A DNA stretch of 64,000 nucleotides from Gemmatimonadales bacterium (GTDB lineage: Bacteria; Gemmatimonadota; Gemmatimonadetes; Gemmatimonadales; GWC2-71-9): contig DATGVZ010000101.1 in NCBI GenBank assembly GCA_035299765.1, positions 4,184 to 68,183 on the forward strand. Direction: 5' to 3'. Below, one piece after another: positions 38,641 through 48,404 of the stretch. How positions within the stretch are numbered: the stretch's first letter is position 1; each line of letters starts with the position of its first letter. A model generated the notes under the pieces. The model worked only from the letters and a program-made list of their open reading frames with translations. It did not search any database and had not been told where the DNA came from. The position numbers and the translations under genes are program-made.

Positions 38641-40323
38641 ATGTTAAGCGCCATGTCAGGGCGCTTTCGACTTCCCCTTTCCATCGGTCTTGCCGGACTC
38701 GTCGCCGCCGCGCTCAGCGCCTGTGAGCGCCGCGGCGGCTGCACTGGCTCCTACTGCGGCACGCTCATCGACGCCGCCGTCGGCGAGCCCGGTACGCTGC
38801 TTCCACCGTCTACCGAAGAAATCGTCGCGCGCGACATCGAAGAGCAGCTCTTCCTGAAACTGGCGGATGTCGGGATGTCGACGAACACGGTCGGCGATGA
38901 GGACTTTCAGCCGCAGCTCGCGCAACGCTGGGAGTGGGATGGGCCGCTGACCCTCGTCTTCCATATCGATCCGCGCGCCCGCTGGCAGGATGGGCAGCGG
39001 GTCACCGCGACGGACGTCGCGTTCACGTACGATGCCTATAACGATTCGGCCGTGGCGTCACCGTATCGCCCGCAGCTCAAACGCATCGCCAGCGTGACGC
39101 CGCGGGACTCGCTGACGGCGGTCTTTCGGTTCCGCGAGCGCTATCCCGAGATGTTCTACGACGCCGTCTACCACATGCGCATCCTTCCGGCGCACCTGTT
39201 GCGGCCGGTGCCGCGCGATCAGTGGAAGACCGCACCGTTCGGGCGAGCGCCCGTGGGCGATGGCCCGTATCGATTCGTGCGCTGGCAAGCGGCACAGTCG
39301 GTCGAGCTGATTGCCGATTCGACGTTCTTCCTCGGCCGGCCGGTGATCCGCCGGCTCATCTGGCGCTTCACGCCCGACCTGGGCGTCGCGGTCAGTCAGG
39401 TCATCGCGGATCAAGCAGATGTTCGCGAGCAGATCGTCACACCCGAGAACAAGGAACGGCTCCGCGCGGCACAGCAGATCGCGTTGTATCCCTATCGCGG
39501 CAACGTCTACACGTATCTCAGCTTCAACCTCCGCGCGAACGGCGACACGGCCAAGCCCAACCCTATCTTCGCCGATCGCGAAGTGCGCCGTGCGCTCAGC
39601 ATGGCGGTCGACCGCGCCAGCCTCGTCCGCAGCACACTTGGTGAGCTCGGCAAAGTGCCACCGGGACCGATGTCCTCGCTTCTCTGGATCTGGGACCCCG
39701 AGATCCGCCAGCTTCCTTTCGATACCGCACAGGCGGCCAGCATCCTGAACGCCCGCGGCTGGCGCGACCACGACGGCGACGGCATCCGCGACCGCGGCGG
39801 GCAGCCGCTCGCGTTTCACATCCTCGTGCCGACGACGAGCGTGCTGCGCAAGCAGTACGCACGCCTGCTGCAGGCGGAGTATCGCGAGATCGGCGTGCGC
39901 GTGGACATCGACGAAGTCGAGAACAGCGTGGTCGGCCAACGTGTCGGCACCGGACATTACGATACCGCCATCCTGTCACGCGCCAACGATCCATCCCCTA
40001 GCTCGGGCATCGCGCAGTCCTGGACGCGCGCCGGCTTCGGCGGCTCGAACTTCGGGCGCTACTACAATCCGGAATTCGAGCGTCTGGTCGATCGCGCGAT
40101 CGCCGCCACCTCTCGTGACGCGGCGCGGCGGCTGTGGCGCAGCGCGATGGACCTGATCAACGCCGACGCTCCCGGAGTCTTTCTGTACTCGCTCGAAAAC
40201 ATGGCGGCCATTCATAACCGCGTGGAGAACGTGCAGCTTCGGCCCGATTCGTGGGCGGCGCTGCTGCGCACCTGGCGGATCCCCTCGTCCCGGCTGATCG
40301 ATCGAGATCGCGTGGAGCGTTAG
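38641..40323 (+). CDS. ABC transporter substrate-binding lipoprotein (peptide/nickel, family 5)
   Basis: Lipobox 'AAALSAC'. The family 5 SBP body includes 'W.DG.P.TA.DV.FT'. Confidence 0.85.
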   Translation: MLSAMSGRFRLPLSIGLAGLVAAALSACERRGGCTGSYCGTLIDAAVGEPGTLLPPSTEEIVARDIEEQLFLKLADVGMSTNTVGDEDFQPQLAQRWEWDGPLTLVFHIDPRARWQDGQRVTATDVAFTYDAYNDSAVASPYRPQLKRIASVTPRDSLTAVFRFRERYPEMFYDAVYHMRILPAHLLRPVPRDQWKTAPFGRAPVGDGPYRFVRWQAAQSVELIADSTFFLGRPVIRRLIWRFTPDLGVAVSQVIADQADVREQIVTPENKERLRAAQQIALYPYRGNVYTYLSFNLRANGDTAKPNPIFADREVRRALSMAVDRASLVRSTLGELGKVPPGPMSSLLWIWDPEIRQLPFDTAQAASILNARGWRDHDGDGIRDRGGQPLAFHILVPTTSVLRKQYARLLQAEYREIGVRVDIDEVENSVVGQRVGTGHYDTAILSRANDPSPSSGIAQSWTRAGFGGSNFGRYYNPEFERLVDRAIAATSRDAARRLWRSAMDLINADAPGVFLYSLENMAAIHNRVENVQLRPDSWAALLRTWRIPSSRLIDRDRVER

Positions 40324-41355
40324 GTGACGGGAGTCGTGTGGCTCCTGCGGCGCTTCGTCGCATCCGTCGCTATCATCTTCGCCGTCGTCACACTCGTTTT
40401 CATCCTGATTCACGTCGCCCCCGGAGATCCCTGCGTCGGATCGGAGGAAGGAGGGCCGCAGGATCCGGCCATGTGCCCCCTCCTGATTCGGCAGTTCGGG
40501 TTGGATCAGCCCGTGCACGTGCAGTATGGGCGGTATCTCGTGCAGTTGGTCCATGGCAATCTCGGCTACTCGTTTTCCCTGCACCGTCCGGTCTCGGACG
40601 CCCTCACCGAGACGATTCCGTTCACTTTGCAGGTCGCCGGCGTCGCGCTGCTGGTCGATTTCCTGCTCGGACTGTGGCTGGGCATCTACCAGGCGCTGCG
40701 CGTCAATCGGCTCCCGGACGTCGTGCTGAGCAACGTCACGTTGTTCCTCTACTCGCTGCCGACGTTTTGGCTCGCGCTCGTGCTGCTCCTGCTGTTTGCC
40801 GAGAAGGTGAAACTGTTTCCGCTCGGCGGCCCGAGCGACCCGATTCTGTGTCCGGTCATCGATTCCGCGTATTGCGTCGCCGATCGCATCTGGCATCTCG
40901 TGTTGCCGGCGTTCACGCTCGGGCTGGTCGGCGCGGCGGGGACCGCCCGTTTTCAGCGGGCGGCGATGCTCGAAGTCGCCCAACAGGACTTTGTGCGGAC
41001 CGCCCGCGCCAAGGGGTTGTCGGAGCAGCGCGTCGTGCTGCGGCACCAGCTCCGCAACGCGCTCCTCTCTTTTATTACGCGCTTCGGGCTGACGCTCCCG
41101 TTTCTGTTGACGGGAGCGGTGCTCATCGAAACGATCTTCGCCTGGCCGGGCATGGGCCGGCTCGCGGTCAACGCCATCCTCACCCGCGATCACGCGTTGG
41201 TGACGGCCACAGCCCTGATCGCGAGCACGCTCGTGGTGTCGGGGAATCTGCTGGCCGACATCCTGATAGGAATCGCGGATCCACGCGTGCGCGTGCCCGC
41301 CGACGGAGCGGCTGGGGGGGCGGGAGGAGCGGACGCGGCGCTGCTGACCACATGA
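40324..41355 (+). CDS. ABC transporter permease (DppB/OppB-like)
   Basis: Six hydrophobic segments and the EAA-like loop 'MLEVAQQDFVRTARAKGLSE'. Confidence 0.9.
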   Translation: MTGVVWLLRRFVASVAIIFAVVTLVFILIHVAPGDPCVGSEEGGPQDPAMCPLLIRQFGLDQPVHVQYGRYLVQLVHGNLGYSFSLHRPVSDALTETIPFTLQVAGVALLVDFLLGLWLGIYQALRVNRLPDVVLSNVTLFLYSLPTFWLALVLLLLFAEKVKLFPLGGPSDPILCPVIDSAYCVADRIWHLVLPAFTLGLVGAAGTARFQRAAMLEVAQQDFVRTARAKGLSEQRVVLRHQLRNALLSFITRFGLTLPFLLTGAVLIETIFAWPGMGRLAVNAILTRDHALVTATALIASTLVVSGNLLADILIGIADPRVRVPADGAAGGAGGADAALLTT

Positions 41356-42284
41356 CGCTCGGCACATGGCTCGCTTTGCTGGTTGCGATCATCCTCGCAG
41401 CCGAAGCAGTTCGGGCGCTGCGACATCGCGCCTTCGGCAGCGAGCGATGGCGGCGATTCTTCCGCCATCCGACGGCCGGATGGGGCGTGGGAATCCTGGC
41501 ATTCCTCGTGATCGTCGCGCTCGCGGCACCGCTGATCGCGCCGTTCGATCCCGACCGGCAGCTCGACATCGTCGGCCTCAAGAATCATCCGCCATCCTGG
41601 ACCTTCCTGCTCGGCACCGACGTGCTCAGCCGCGATGTCTGGAGTCGCATCGTCTACGGCGCCCGCGTGTCACTCGGCATCGGCGGATTGGGCGCGCTCG
41701 TCGCCGTCTCTGTCGGCTCGTTGGTCGGTGCCGTCGCCGGCTATTACCGGCGCTGGGTCGACGCGGTGCTGATGCGCACGGTGGACGTCGGGCTCGCGCT
41801 GCCGCGCATCTTCATTCTCCTGATGGCGGTTGCGCTGTGGGACCGTCTTCCCTTTTGGGTCCTCGTCCTGGCGATTGGCCTGACCTCGTGGTTCGGCACC
41901 GGCCGGTTGGTGCGCGCGGAGGTACTGTCGCTGCGCGAGCGCGATTACGTGCTGGCGGCGCGCGCGCTCGGTGCCGGGGCCGGCGGCGTTATTTTTCGCC
42001 ACGTGCTGCCGAACGCGGCTGCCCCGATCATCGTGTCGGCGGCTCTCGGAGTGGGGAACGTGCTGCTCCTCGAAGCATCGCTCTCGTTCCTGGGCATTGG
42101 CATCAGACCGCCGACGCCGAGCTGGGGAAACATGATCGCGGACGGCGCGCCGAGCGTGTATACGGCACCGTGGACTACAGTCGCCGCCGGACTCGCGATT
42201 TCGCTGGTCGTGATGTCGCTCAATGCGGTTGCGGATGGCTTGCGTGACGCGCTCGATCCGCATGAAGAAGGAGGAGCGACCTGA
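41352..42284 (+). CDS. ABC transporter permease (DppC/OppC-like)
   Basis: ATG overlaps the upstream stop (ATGA). '[23 protein letters not shown]', '[18 protein letters not shown]'. Confidence 0.9.
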   Translation: MTLGTWLALLVAIILAAEAVRALRHRAFGSERWRRFFRHPTAGWGVGILAFLVIVALAAPLIAPFDPDRQLDIVGLKNHPPSWTFLLGTDVLSRDVWSRIVYGARVSLGIGGLGALVAVSVGSLVGAVAGYYRRWVDAVLMRTVDVGLALPRIFILLMAVALWDRLPFWVLVLAIGLTSWFGTGRLVRAEVLSLRERDYVLAARALGAGAGGVIFRHVLPNAAAPIIVSAALGVGNVLLLEASLSFLGIGIRPPTPSWGNMIADGAPSVYTAPWTTVAAGLAISLVVMSLNAVADGLRDALDPHEEGGAT

Positions 42285-42295
42285 CCAACCCCGCG

Positions 42296-43291
42296 TTGCT
42301 GCGCGTCCGCGACCTCAAGACGTACTTCGTCACCGAGCACGGGCGAGGAACCGCACGGGCGGTCGATGAAGTCTCCTTCGATCTCTACCCCGGCGAAACG
42401 CTCGGCATCGTCGGCGAGTCCGGGTGCGGCAAGACCGTGACGTCGCTCTCGATCTTGCGCCTCGTGCCCGAACCGCCCGGTCACATCCTGCCTGGAAGCC
42501 TCATCGAGTTCGAGGGACGGAATCTGCTGGCGCTGCCGGCGCCCGAGCTGCGCGCGGTCCGCGGCAATCAGATCGCCATGATTTTTCAGGAGCCGATGAC
42601 CTCGCTCAATCCGGTGTTCACCGTCGGAGACCAGATTGGGGAGGCCGCGATCATCCATCAGCATCTCTCGCGCAAAGCGGCGCGCGCGCGCGCGATCGAG
42701 ATGCTGAAGCTGGTCGGTATCCCCGATCCTGAAGAGCGCGTCGACGATTATCCCCACCAGCTCTCCGGTGGCATGCGCCAGCGTGTCATGATCGCGATGG
42801 CGCTCGTGTGTCACCCCAAGGTCCTGATCGCGGACGAGCCGACGACGGCGCTCGACGTCACGATCCAGGCGCAGATTCTCGAGCTGCTCGACCGGCTGCA
42901 GCAGGAGCTCGGCATGGCGGTCCTGCTGATCACGCACGACCTCGGCGTGGTCGCGGGACACGCCGATCGCGTCGTCGTCATGTATGCCGGACGGGTCGTC
43001 GAAACGGCTGAGACGACGGAGCTGTTCGAGCGGCCGACGCACCCGTACACGGAAGGCTTACTCGCGGCTGTGCCGCGCATCGACGCGCCGCGGGCACGCC
43101 TGCATGCAATCCCCGGTCAGGTTCCCGCGGCGACCGCGTGGCCGGTGGGTTGCCGGTTCCATCCGCGCTGTCCGTACGCCTGGGACAAATGCGTCGCGCA
43201 GGAGCCGCCGGTCCTCGAGACGGGAGTCGCCGGACACACGGCGCGCTGCTGGCTCGTCACCGAGCCGCAACGCCGGCAGGCGAAACGATGA
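42296..43291 (+). CDS. ABC transporter ATP-binding protein (DppD/OppD-like)
   Basis: Walker A 'GESGCGKT', signature 'LSGGMRQR', Walker B '[12 protein letters not shown]', C-terminal oligopeptide-type Cys motif. Confidence 0.9.
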   Translation: MLRVRDLKTYFVTEHGRGTARAVDEVSFDLYPGETLGIVGESGCGKTVTSLSILRLVPEPPGHILPGSLIEFEGRNLLALPAPELRAVRGNQIAMIFQEPMTSLNPVFTVGDQIGEAAIIHQHLSRKAARARAIEMLKLVGIPDPEERVDDYPHQLSGGMRQRVMIAMALVCHPKVLIADEPTTALDVTIQAQILELLDRLQQELGMAVLLITHDLGVVAGHADRVVVMYAGRVVETAETTELFERPTHPYTEGLLAAVPRIDAPRARLHAIPGQVPAATAWPVGCRFHPRCPYAWDKCVAQEPPVLETGVAGHTARCWLVTEPQRRQAKR

Positions 43292-44280
43292 CCTCCGCGG
43301 CTCAGCCGCTCGTCGAGGTCCGGGACCTCGTGAAGCACTATGCGGCCGAGCGAGGCTGGTTTGGGCTCGGGCGCCCGCGTCCACCGGTTCGAGCAGTCGA
43401 CGGCGTGTCGTTCGCGATCGGCGGGGGCTCGACACTCGGTCTCGTCGGCGAGTCGGGTTCAGGGAAGACCACAGTCGGGCGCACGATGCTGCGACTGCAG
43501 GAGCCGACTTCGGGAAAGGTCTTCTTCGAAGGGTCCGATGTCTTCGCGCTCGACGGTGGGCGACTGCGAGGGCTGCGGCGCAGGATGCAGATCGTCTTCC
43601 AGGATCCCTACAGCTCCCTCAATCCGCGCATGACGGTCGGCGAAACGCTACGCGAGCCGCTCCAGATTCATCATCTGAGCGGCGAGGTCTCGTCGCTGCT
43701 CGAGGAAGTCGGCCTTGATCCGGCATTCGCCAAGTGCTACCCGCACGAGCTATCAGGTGGGCAGCGCCAGCGCGTCGGCATCGCGCGCGCCTTGTCGGTC
43801 GAGCCGCGGTTCGTCGTCTGCGACGAGCCGGTGAGCGCGCTGGACGTCTCGGTGCAGGCGCAGGTGCTCAATCTCCTCGCCGATCTGCAATCGCGCCGGC
43901 GGCTTACGTATCTGTTCATCGCGCATGATCTCGCGGTCGTGCGCCACATCGCCGACACCGTCGCAGTGATGTACCTCGGCAAAATCGTGGAGCGCGCGCC
44001 GGCCGCGGACATCTACGCGCTGCCGCGGCATCCGTACACGCGGGCGCTCCTGTCAGCGGTCCCCGAGCCGGATCCACGAGCGACCAAGCGACGGATTGTG
44101 CTGTCCGGCGACATTCCATCACCCTCTCATCCGCCCTCAGGATGTCCGTTTCACCCGCGTTGTCCGCATCCGAAGAAGAACGAGCGCTGTCGGACGGAGG
44201 TACCGCCGCTCCGTGAGGTGCCGCTGCAGAGCGGGCATTTGGCGGCGTGTCACTTTGCCGAAGAGCCGATGAAGGGTTAG
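43288..44280 (+). CDS. ABC transporter ATP-binding protein (DppF/OppF-like)
   Basis: ATG overlaps the upstream stop. 'GESGSGKTT', 'LSGGQRQR', '[12 protein letters not shown]'. Confidence 0.9.
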   Translation: MTSAAQPLVEVRDLVKHYAAERGWFGLGRPRPPVRAVDGVSFAIGGGSTLGLVGESGSGKTTVGRTMLRLQEPTSGKVFFEGSDVFALDGGRLRGLRRRMQIVFQDPYSSLNPRMTVGETLREPLQIHHLSGEVSSLLEEVGLDPAFAKCYPHELSGGQRQRVGIARALSVEPRFVVCDEPVSALDVSVQAQVLNLLADLQSRRRLTYLFIAHDLAVVRHIADTVAVMYLGKIVERAPAADIYALPRHPYTRALLSAVPEPDPRATKRRIVLSGDIPSPSHPPSGCPFHPRCPHPKKNERCRTEVPPLREVPLQSGHLAACHFAEEPMKG

Positions 44281-45620
44281 CGCACTCCGCCCATCAGCTT
44301 CTTGATCGGTCGGGTGAGCATGAGCAGGACCACTGCCGCAACGAACGTCGTGAGCGCGACCGCGCCAAAGAGCTGCGGCAACGGGAAGCGATCGAAGTAC
44401 CCGGAGGCCCAACCCGCGAGCTTATTCCCCACGGCTATCGAGAGGAACCAGACTCCCATCATGGCGCCCACGATTCGCCGCGGCGCGAGTTTCGTGACGA
44501 TCGAGAGACCGACCGGACTCAGGCACAGCTCGCCGATGGTGTGCAGGAAGTAGACGCCGACGAGCCACCAGGGGCTCACCAGGATCCCCTGTTGCTGGGC
44601 CATGTTCGCCGCAGGTATGAGCAATGCGAAGCCGAGGCCGGCAAAAATGAGTCCCAACGCGAATTTCACGGGACTGGAGGGTTGCCGGGGGCCGAGGCGG
44701 ATCCAGAGCCAGGCGAGCAGTGGGGCGAGGCCGAAGATCATGAACATCGAGTTCAGCGACTGATACCACGTCGAGGGGAATACAAAACCGAACACCCGGT
44801 TACTGGTGAGCCGGTCGGCAAAGAGGTTCAGGCTTGAAGCTGCTTGCTCGAACGCTCCCCAGAAAATGCACGAGAACACGAATAACACGGCAATTGCGGC
44901 AACCCGTCCCCATTCCTCGCGAGTAAAACGCCACCAGGGCTCGGAGGTCCCCGCGGACTGCACCTCGGATTGCCCCAGCCGTTCAAGTGCTGGCAGGAGG
45001 CGGCGCTTCCCCACAACGTATTGGATCAGTCCGAGCGTCATCCCGATACCGGCGCAGCCAAATCCGATGTGCCAGTCAACGCGCTGGCCCAGCGTACCTA
45101 CGATGAGGGGCGCGACAAACGCGCCGACATTGATCCCCATGTAGAAGATCGAAAACCCCGCGTCCCGCCGTTCATCATCCTTGTCGTACAACGATCCGAC
45201 CATCGTGCTGATGTTCGGCTTCAGGAGACCTGTCCCCATCACGATCAGCGCTAATCCGAGATAGAAGGTCGTGACGCTCGGAAGCGCCATGCTGAAGTGT
45301 CCAAGGGCGATGATGACCCCGCCGATGAACACGCTGCGAAACTGACCGAGAAAGCGGTCCGCGATCCAACCGCCGGGAATCGCCGCGGCGTAGACGCCAA
45401 ACCCGTACCAGCCGACGATGGACGTCGCCTTGTCCGTTGGAAATGCGAGACCGCCCTGCGTGACCGCCGCGGTCATGTACAGCACGAGCAAGGCGCGCAA
45501 GCCGTAGAAGCTGAAGCGCTCCCACATCTCGGTGAAAAACAGCGTCGACAGACCGCGCGGATGACCGAACCATCCCCGATCGGCTTGCGAGGAAACTGCC
45601 GTCTGAACCGGCTGCGTCAT
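44277..45620 (-). CDS. proton-dependent oligopeptide transporter (POT/PTR2 family)
   Basis: PTR2 signature '[30 protein letters not shown]', '[10 protein letters not shown]'. About 12 TM segments. Confidence 0.9.
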   Translation of the reverse strand: MTQPVQTAVSSQADRGWFGHPRGLSTLFFTEMWERFSFYGLRALLVLYMTAAVTQGGLAFPTDKATSIVGWYGFGVYAAAIPGGWIADRFLGQFRSVFIGGVIIALGHFSMALPSVTTFYLGLALIVMGTGLLKPNISTMVGSLYDKDDERRDAGFSIFYMGINVGAFVAPLIVGTLGQRVDWHIGFGCAGIGMTLGLIQYVVGKRRLLPALERLGQSEVQSAGTSEPWWRFTREEWGRVAAIAVLFVFSCIFWGAFEQAASSLNLFADRLTSNRVFGFVFPSTWYQSLNSMFMIFGLAPLLAWLWIRLGPRQPSSPVKFALGLIFAGLGFALLIPAANMAQQQGILVSPWWLVGVYFLHTIGELCLSPVGLSIVTKLAPRRIVGAMMGVWFLSIAVGNKLAGWASGYFDRFPLPQLFGAVALTTFVAAVVLLMLTRPIKKLMGGVR

Positions 45621-45632
45621 GTCGGTGCCTCG

Positions 45633-46028
45633 TCAGTCGAACAGGTCGTCTTGATTCGCGGAATCGGGATGCTCGATCGGTCTCAGCAACGTGCCCATCC
45701 GCTGCTCCCATTTCTCTACATCAAAGTGATGCTCGTTGTGCAGGGCACGCCGCAGCACGGGCGAGAATTCGTGGAACGCCTCGAGCAGCTCGCGGGTCGC
45801 GTCACGCAGCGCCTCGAGCTGAAAGCTCGCGTCGGTCGCGCCCATATCCTCGAGGATGCTGTCCTCCGTGCGCGACGCGATGATCGGCTCCGTCCGTCCC
45901 TCGATGAAGACATTGGTGCGCTGTCCCGGTCCGCGGCCCTCTTCGATCGGCATCAGCCCGAGGATTCGGTCCGAGCGCCAGTACTTGCCGTAACCCAGGA
46001 ACACCATCCGGCCGCGTTTCACGTCCAT
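45633..46028 (-). CDS. hypothetical protein
   Basis: Track ORF of 131 aa with coding-like composition, in an operon position between the DUF1028 and POT genes. No confident motif. Confidence 0.45.
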   Translation of the reverse strand: MDVKRGRMVFLGYGKYWRSDRILGLMPIEEGRGPGQRTNVFIEGRTEPIIASRTEDSILEDMGATDASFQLEALRDATRELLEAFHEFSPVLRRALHNEHHFDVEKWEQRMGTLLRPIEHPDSANQDDLFD

Positions 46029-46049
46029 GATAACTCTCGCCCCCCTCGC

Positions 46050-47051
46050 TCACCGACCACCGCGCACCGCCTTCCGGTTCTTGCGAACGTCCTCTAACAC
46101 AACCCGATCAATCTTCCCATCCATTCGCACACGTACGTCGTAGTTCTCCCAGTACATGAAGTTGGCGAGCGCCGTGAGAAACGTCTCGTTGAGAGTCGGC
46201 TGCGGCGCGGCGAGCCACTTCTGTGGCTGATTCACGGGCTCGACGAGCAGAATCGCTTCGAGCTCTTTTTGCAGCGCCGGCGTGATGGAAACGAGATCGG
46301 CGGGATCGGTCGTGAAGAAGTACAGCTTATGGAGCGCGTACAACCGCTGCAGCTCCTTGATCGGATCGGGCGCGTCGTAGACACGGATATCGATATACCG
46401 ATCAGTCGCGCCGAGATAGCCGGCGCCGGCCCGCACGACGAGCAGCGCCGCAGATTGCATCCCGCGCCGGTCGCCACCTCCCGCCTGTCCCGCGACCAGC
46501 GCCGCCAACAGCCGGTCGGCGAGCGAGCCGCGACTGCGCTCAAACGTCTCCGCCAGGTTCCGGACCGTCGCGTCGGAAACCATGATGTTGGCCTGCGCGG
46601 CGTAGCCATGGCCCGTGATCAATTGCCCTTTGCCGCCGACGGCGCCGCCACCAATGCGTCCACCTGCCCAGTCGAACGTCGAGTCGCCGGTCCAGCTGGC
46701 CGCGTTGCCGCGCGCGTCGACCATACCCACCTGCCGCTGCGACGGCCGTGTGTCGCTCCGCATGATGATGCGCATCGCTTCCGGGGCCGACGCGCCTCGC
46801 GCGATCAGCTCCAGTCCCTTCTCGCCGTAATCGGTGTTGCTGAGCGACTGCGTTGCGACGGCGCCGACGCCCGCCTTCGCCCACGGGACCAGACCGCCCA
46901 CGTTCGGGAACTTCGACTGCACGGCGATGCCGAGATCCCCGGTCGCGGAATCGTAGGCCACGATGCTGTAGGTGTGGGCGCGCTTGAGAAGATCGGGAGG
47001 GGCAGGAGAGACAGGCTGCTGAGCGAGGATCGCGAGTGTGCAGAGAAGCAA
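46050..47051 (-). CDS. DUF1028 (Ntn-hydrolase-like) protein with C-terminal peptidoglycan-binding-like domain
   Basis: 'TYSIVAYDSATGDLGIAVQSKF..VG..VPWA.AGVGAVATQS', 'RQVGMVDARGN'. Short TTG-initiated signal-like N-terminus. Confidence 0.75.
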   Translation of the reverse strand: MLLCTLAILAQQPVSPAPPDLLKRAHTYSIVAYDSATGDLGIAVQSKFPNVGGLVPWAKAGVGAVATQSLSNTDYGEKGLELIARGASAPEAMRIIMRSDTRPSQRQVGMVDARGNAASWTGDSTFDWAGGRIGGGAVGGKGQLITGHGYAAQANIMVSDATVRNLAETFERSRGSLADRLLAALVAGQAGGGDRRGMQSAALLVVRAGAGYLGATDRYIDIRVYDAPDPIKELQRLYALHKLYFFTTDPADLVSITPALQKELEAILLVEPVNQPQKWLAAPQPTLNETFLTALANFMYWENYDVRVRMDGKIDRVVLEDVRKNRKAVRGGR

Positions 47052-47054
47052 GGG

Positions 47055-47540
47055 TTATTCCTTTCTCATTTTCTTCTTGAGCTCTTCGAGCTGGCGCGCC
47101 GCGGCCGCTTCCCTCGCCGCGCGGTCCAGGTCCGATTTCAGCAATTCGTCCTGAAGATCCATTCCAGGGCGCGCGCCGCCTCCGCTTTGCACGTCACGCC
47201 ATGCCTTTTCCGAGCTGCGCTCGCCTTCCATCGCCGGCCGTTCGCGCTCGGCGCTGCGCAGCTGCGCCTGCATGTCCGTCAACTCGCGCTCCGCGAGCGC
47301 CAGCTCTTCGCGCTGCGCCGCCAACTTACGCTCGAGCACGCCGACGCGCTCGCGATGCTTGGCGGCGAAGCGCTCCGCGACGGTCATCGTCTCCTGATCC
47401 TGGATCTCTCCGGCCAGGCGTCCGCGCCGCTCTGCATCCGCAAGCCGCTGGCGCTCGGCGCCGAGCTCGCGTTCGGTGCGCGTGACGGCATCCTGAATCT
47501 CCGCCACCGCGACTTTGGCTTCGACCACCGCCTCGCGCAT
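47055..47540 (-). CDS. PspA/IM30-like coiled-coil protein (5' end unresolved; frame stays open to 47636)
   Basis: The whole product is heptad-rich and Glu/Arg/Ala-rich. The 32 codons upstream of the first ATG ('ASDRLFERLRDAFRAALDAASGPADLRALARQ') resemble the PspA N-terminal helix but contain no ATG, GTG or TTG. Confidence 0.45.
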   Translation of the reverse strand: MREAVVEAKVAVAEIQDAVTRTERELGAERQRLADAERRGRLAGEIQDQETMTVAERFAAKHRERVGVLERKLAAQREELALAERELTDMQAQLRSAERERPAMEGERSSEKAWRDVQSGGGARPGMDLQDELLKSDLDRAAREAAAARQLEELKKKMRKE

Positions 47541-47636
47541 CTGGCGCGCGAGGGCGCGCAGGTCAGCCGGACCCGAGGCCGCATCGAGGGCGGCGCGAAA
47601 CGCGTCCCGCAGACGCTCAAACAGGCGGTCGCTCGC

Positions 47637-47804
47637 TCAGCTCTTCCGGACGGTCTTCGCGAAGAAGTCGGAGAAGACAGGCTCCACGGCGCGGGACTTA
47701 CAGGACGGACACACCGGACGCGGCCTCGCGGCATGCTCCGCCATCGATTCCGTCCGTGAGAACCGTTCGTCGCAGGCCGTGCAGCGGTACTCGTAGAGGG
47801 GCAT
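47637..47804 (-). CDS. FmdB family zinc-ribbon protein (55 aa)
   Basis: Hand-translated as 'MPLYEYRCTACDERFSRTESMAEHAARPRPVCPSCKSRAVEPVFSDFFAKTVRKS*'. It carries the canonical M-P-x-Y-E-Y-x-C-x-x-C ... C-P-x-C pattern. It is below the track size cutoff. Confidence 0.7.
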   Translation of the reverse strand: MPLYEYRCTACDERFSRTESMAEHAARPRPVCPSCKSRAVEPVFSDFFAKTVRKS

Positions 47805-47879
47805 AGTAAGGTGAAACGTTATTCCCGCGGAAAACCTCGGTCAAGTTGACGCACTCCCGGCCGGTCCCAAATTGCTGGA

Positions 47880-48404
47880 ATGCTCCGGGCCGTGTTCCGG
47901 GTTGGCGCGGTGGTGGTGTTGATAGCCGGCTGGGTGACGGCATGCGACGGCGGGCTCGCACCCGAACCGATCTGCGCGCGCGGCTTGATCGGGCTATGCG
48001 GCACCATCCACTTCCGCGGCAGCATTCCCGATAGCACCGATGCCGTCTTCGTCGCTGCGTACCTTACGTTTCCGCAGACGTGCAACGATCTGATCAATAA
48101 CCGTCGACCCGTCATCCCCGGCTCGGTCCCCTACACCGATTCTGCGGCCGCATATAGTATGGCGCTCGATCCTGGCACGTACCATTGGGTCGTCGCGGTC
48201 TGGAAGAAAGTCGGGATGCTGCACGTGTCACCGGCCGACACCGCACTGCTCCGCGTCGCCGGTTATTACCGCAATCCCGCCGACACGTCGCAGCCCGGTG
48301 TCGTGACCGTACCGAAGGGCGCCGCCGCGGGCGACGTCAACTTCGTCGCCCATCTCGATAGCCTCCGCCCGGCAACGGATTTCGTCACGTGCACGGCACA
48401 ATAG
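47880..48404 (+). CDS. lipoprotein, unknown function
   Basis: Signal and lipobox 'VVVLIAGWVTAC|D'. It is directly upstream of, and overlaps, the TonB-dependent receptor gene. Confidence 0.6.
   Translation: MLRAVFRVGAVVVLIAGWVTACDGGLAPEPICARGLIGLCGTIHFRGSIPDSTDAVFVAAYLTFPQTCNDLINNRRPVIPGSVPYTDSAAAYSMALDPGTYHWVVAVWKKVGMLHVSPADTALLRVAGYYRNPADTSQPGVVTVPKGAAAGDVNFVAHLDSLRPATDFVTCTAQ

Noticed and set aside
45633-46028. A possible DUF370/RemA-like assignment for the 131-aa protein.
   Set aside because: The only resemblance is a vague N-terminal beta-hairpin-like pattern ('MVFLGYGKY...RILGLMP'). This is too weak to call without a profile search, so I left it hypothetical.
47600-47640. The in-frame TGA between the FmdB and PspA-like ORFs read as a selenocysteine codon.
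   Set aside because: I find no convincing SECIS-like hairpin at the expected distance downstream of the TGA, only a weak 4-bp stem. The surrounding residues do not resemble a redox motif. Mutation, readthrough or a non-canonical start are more plausible.
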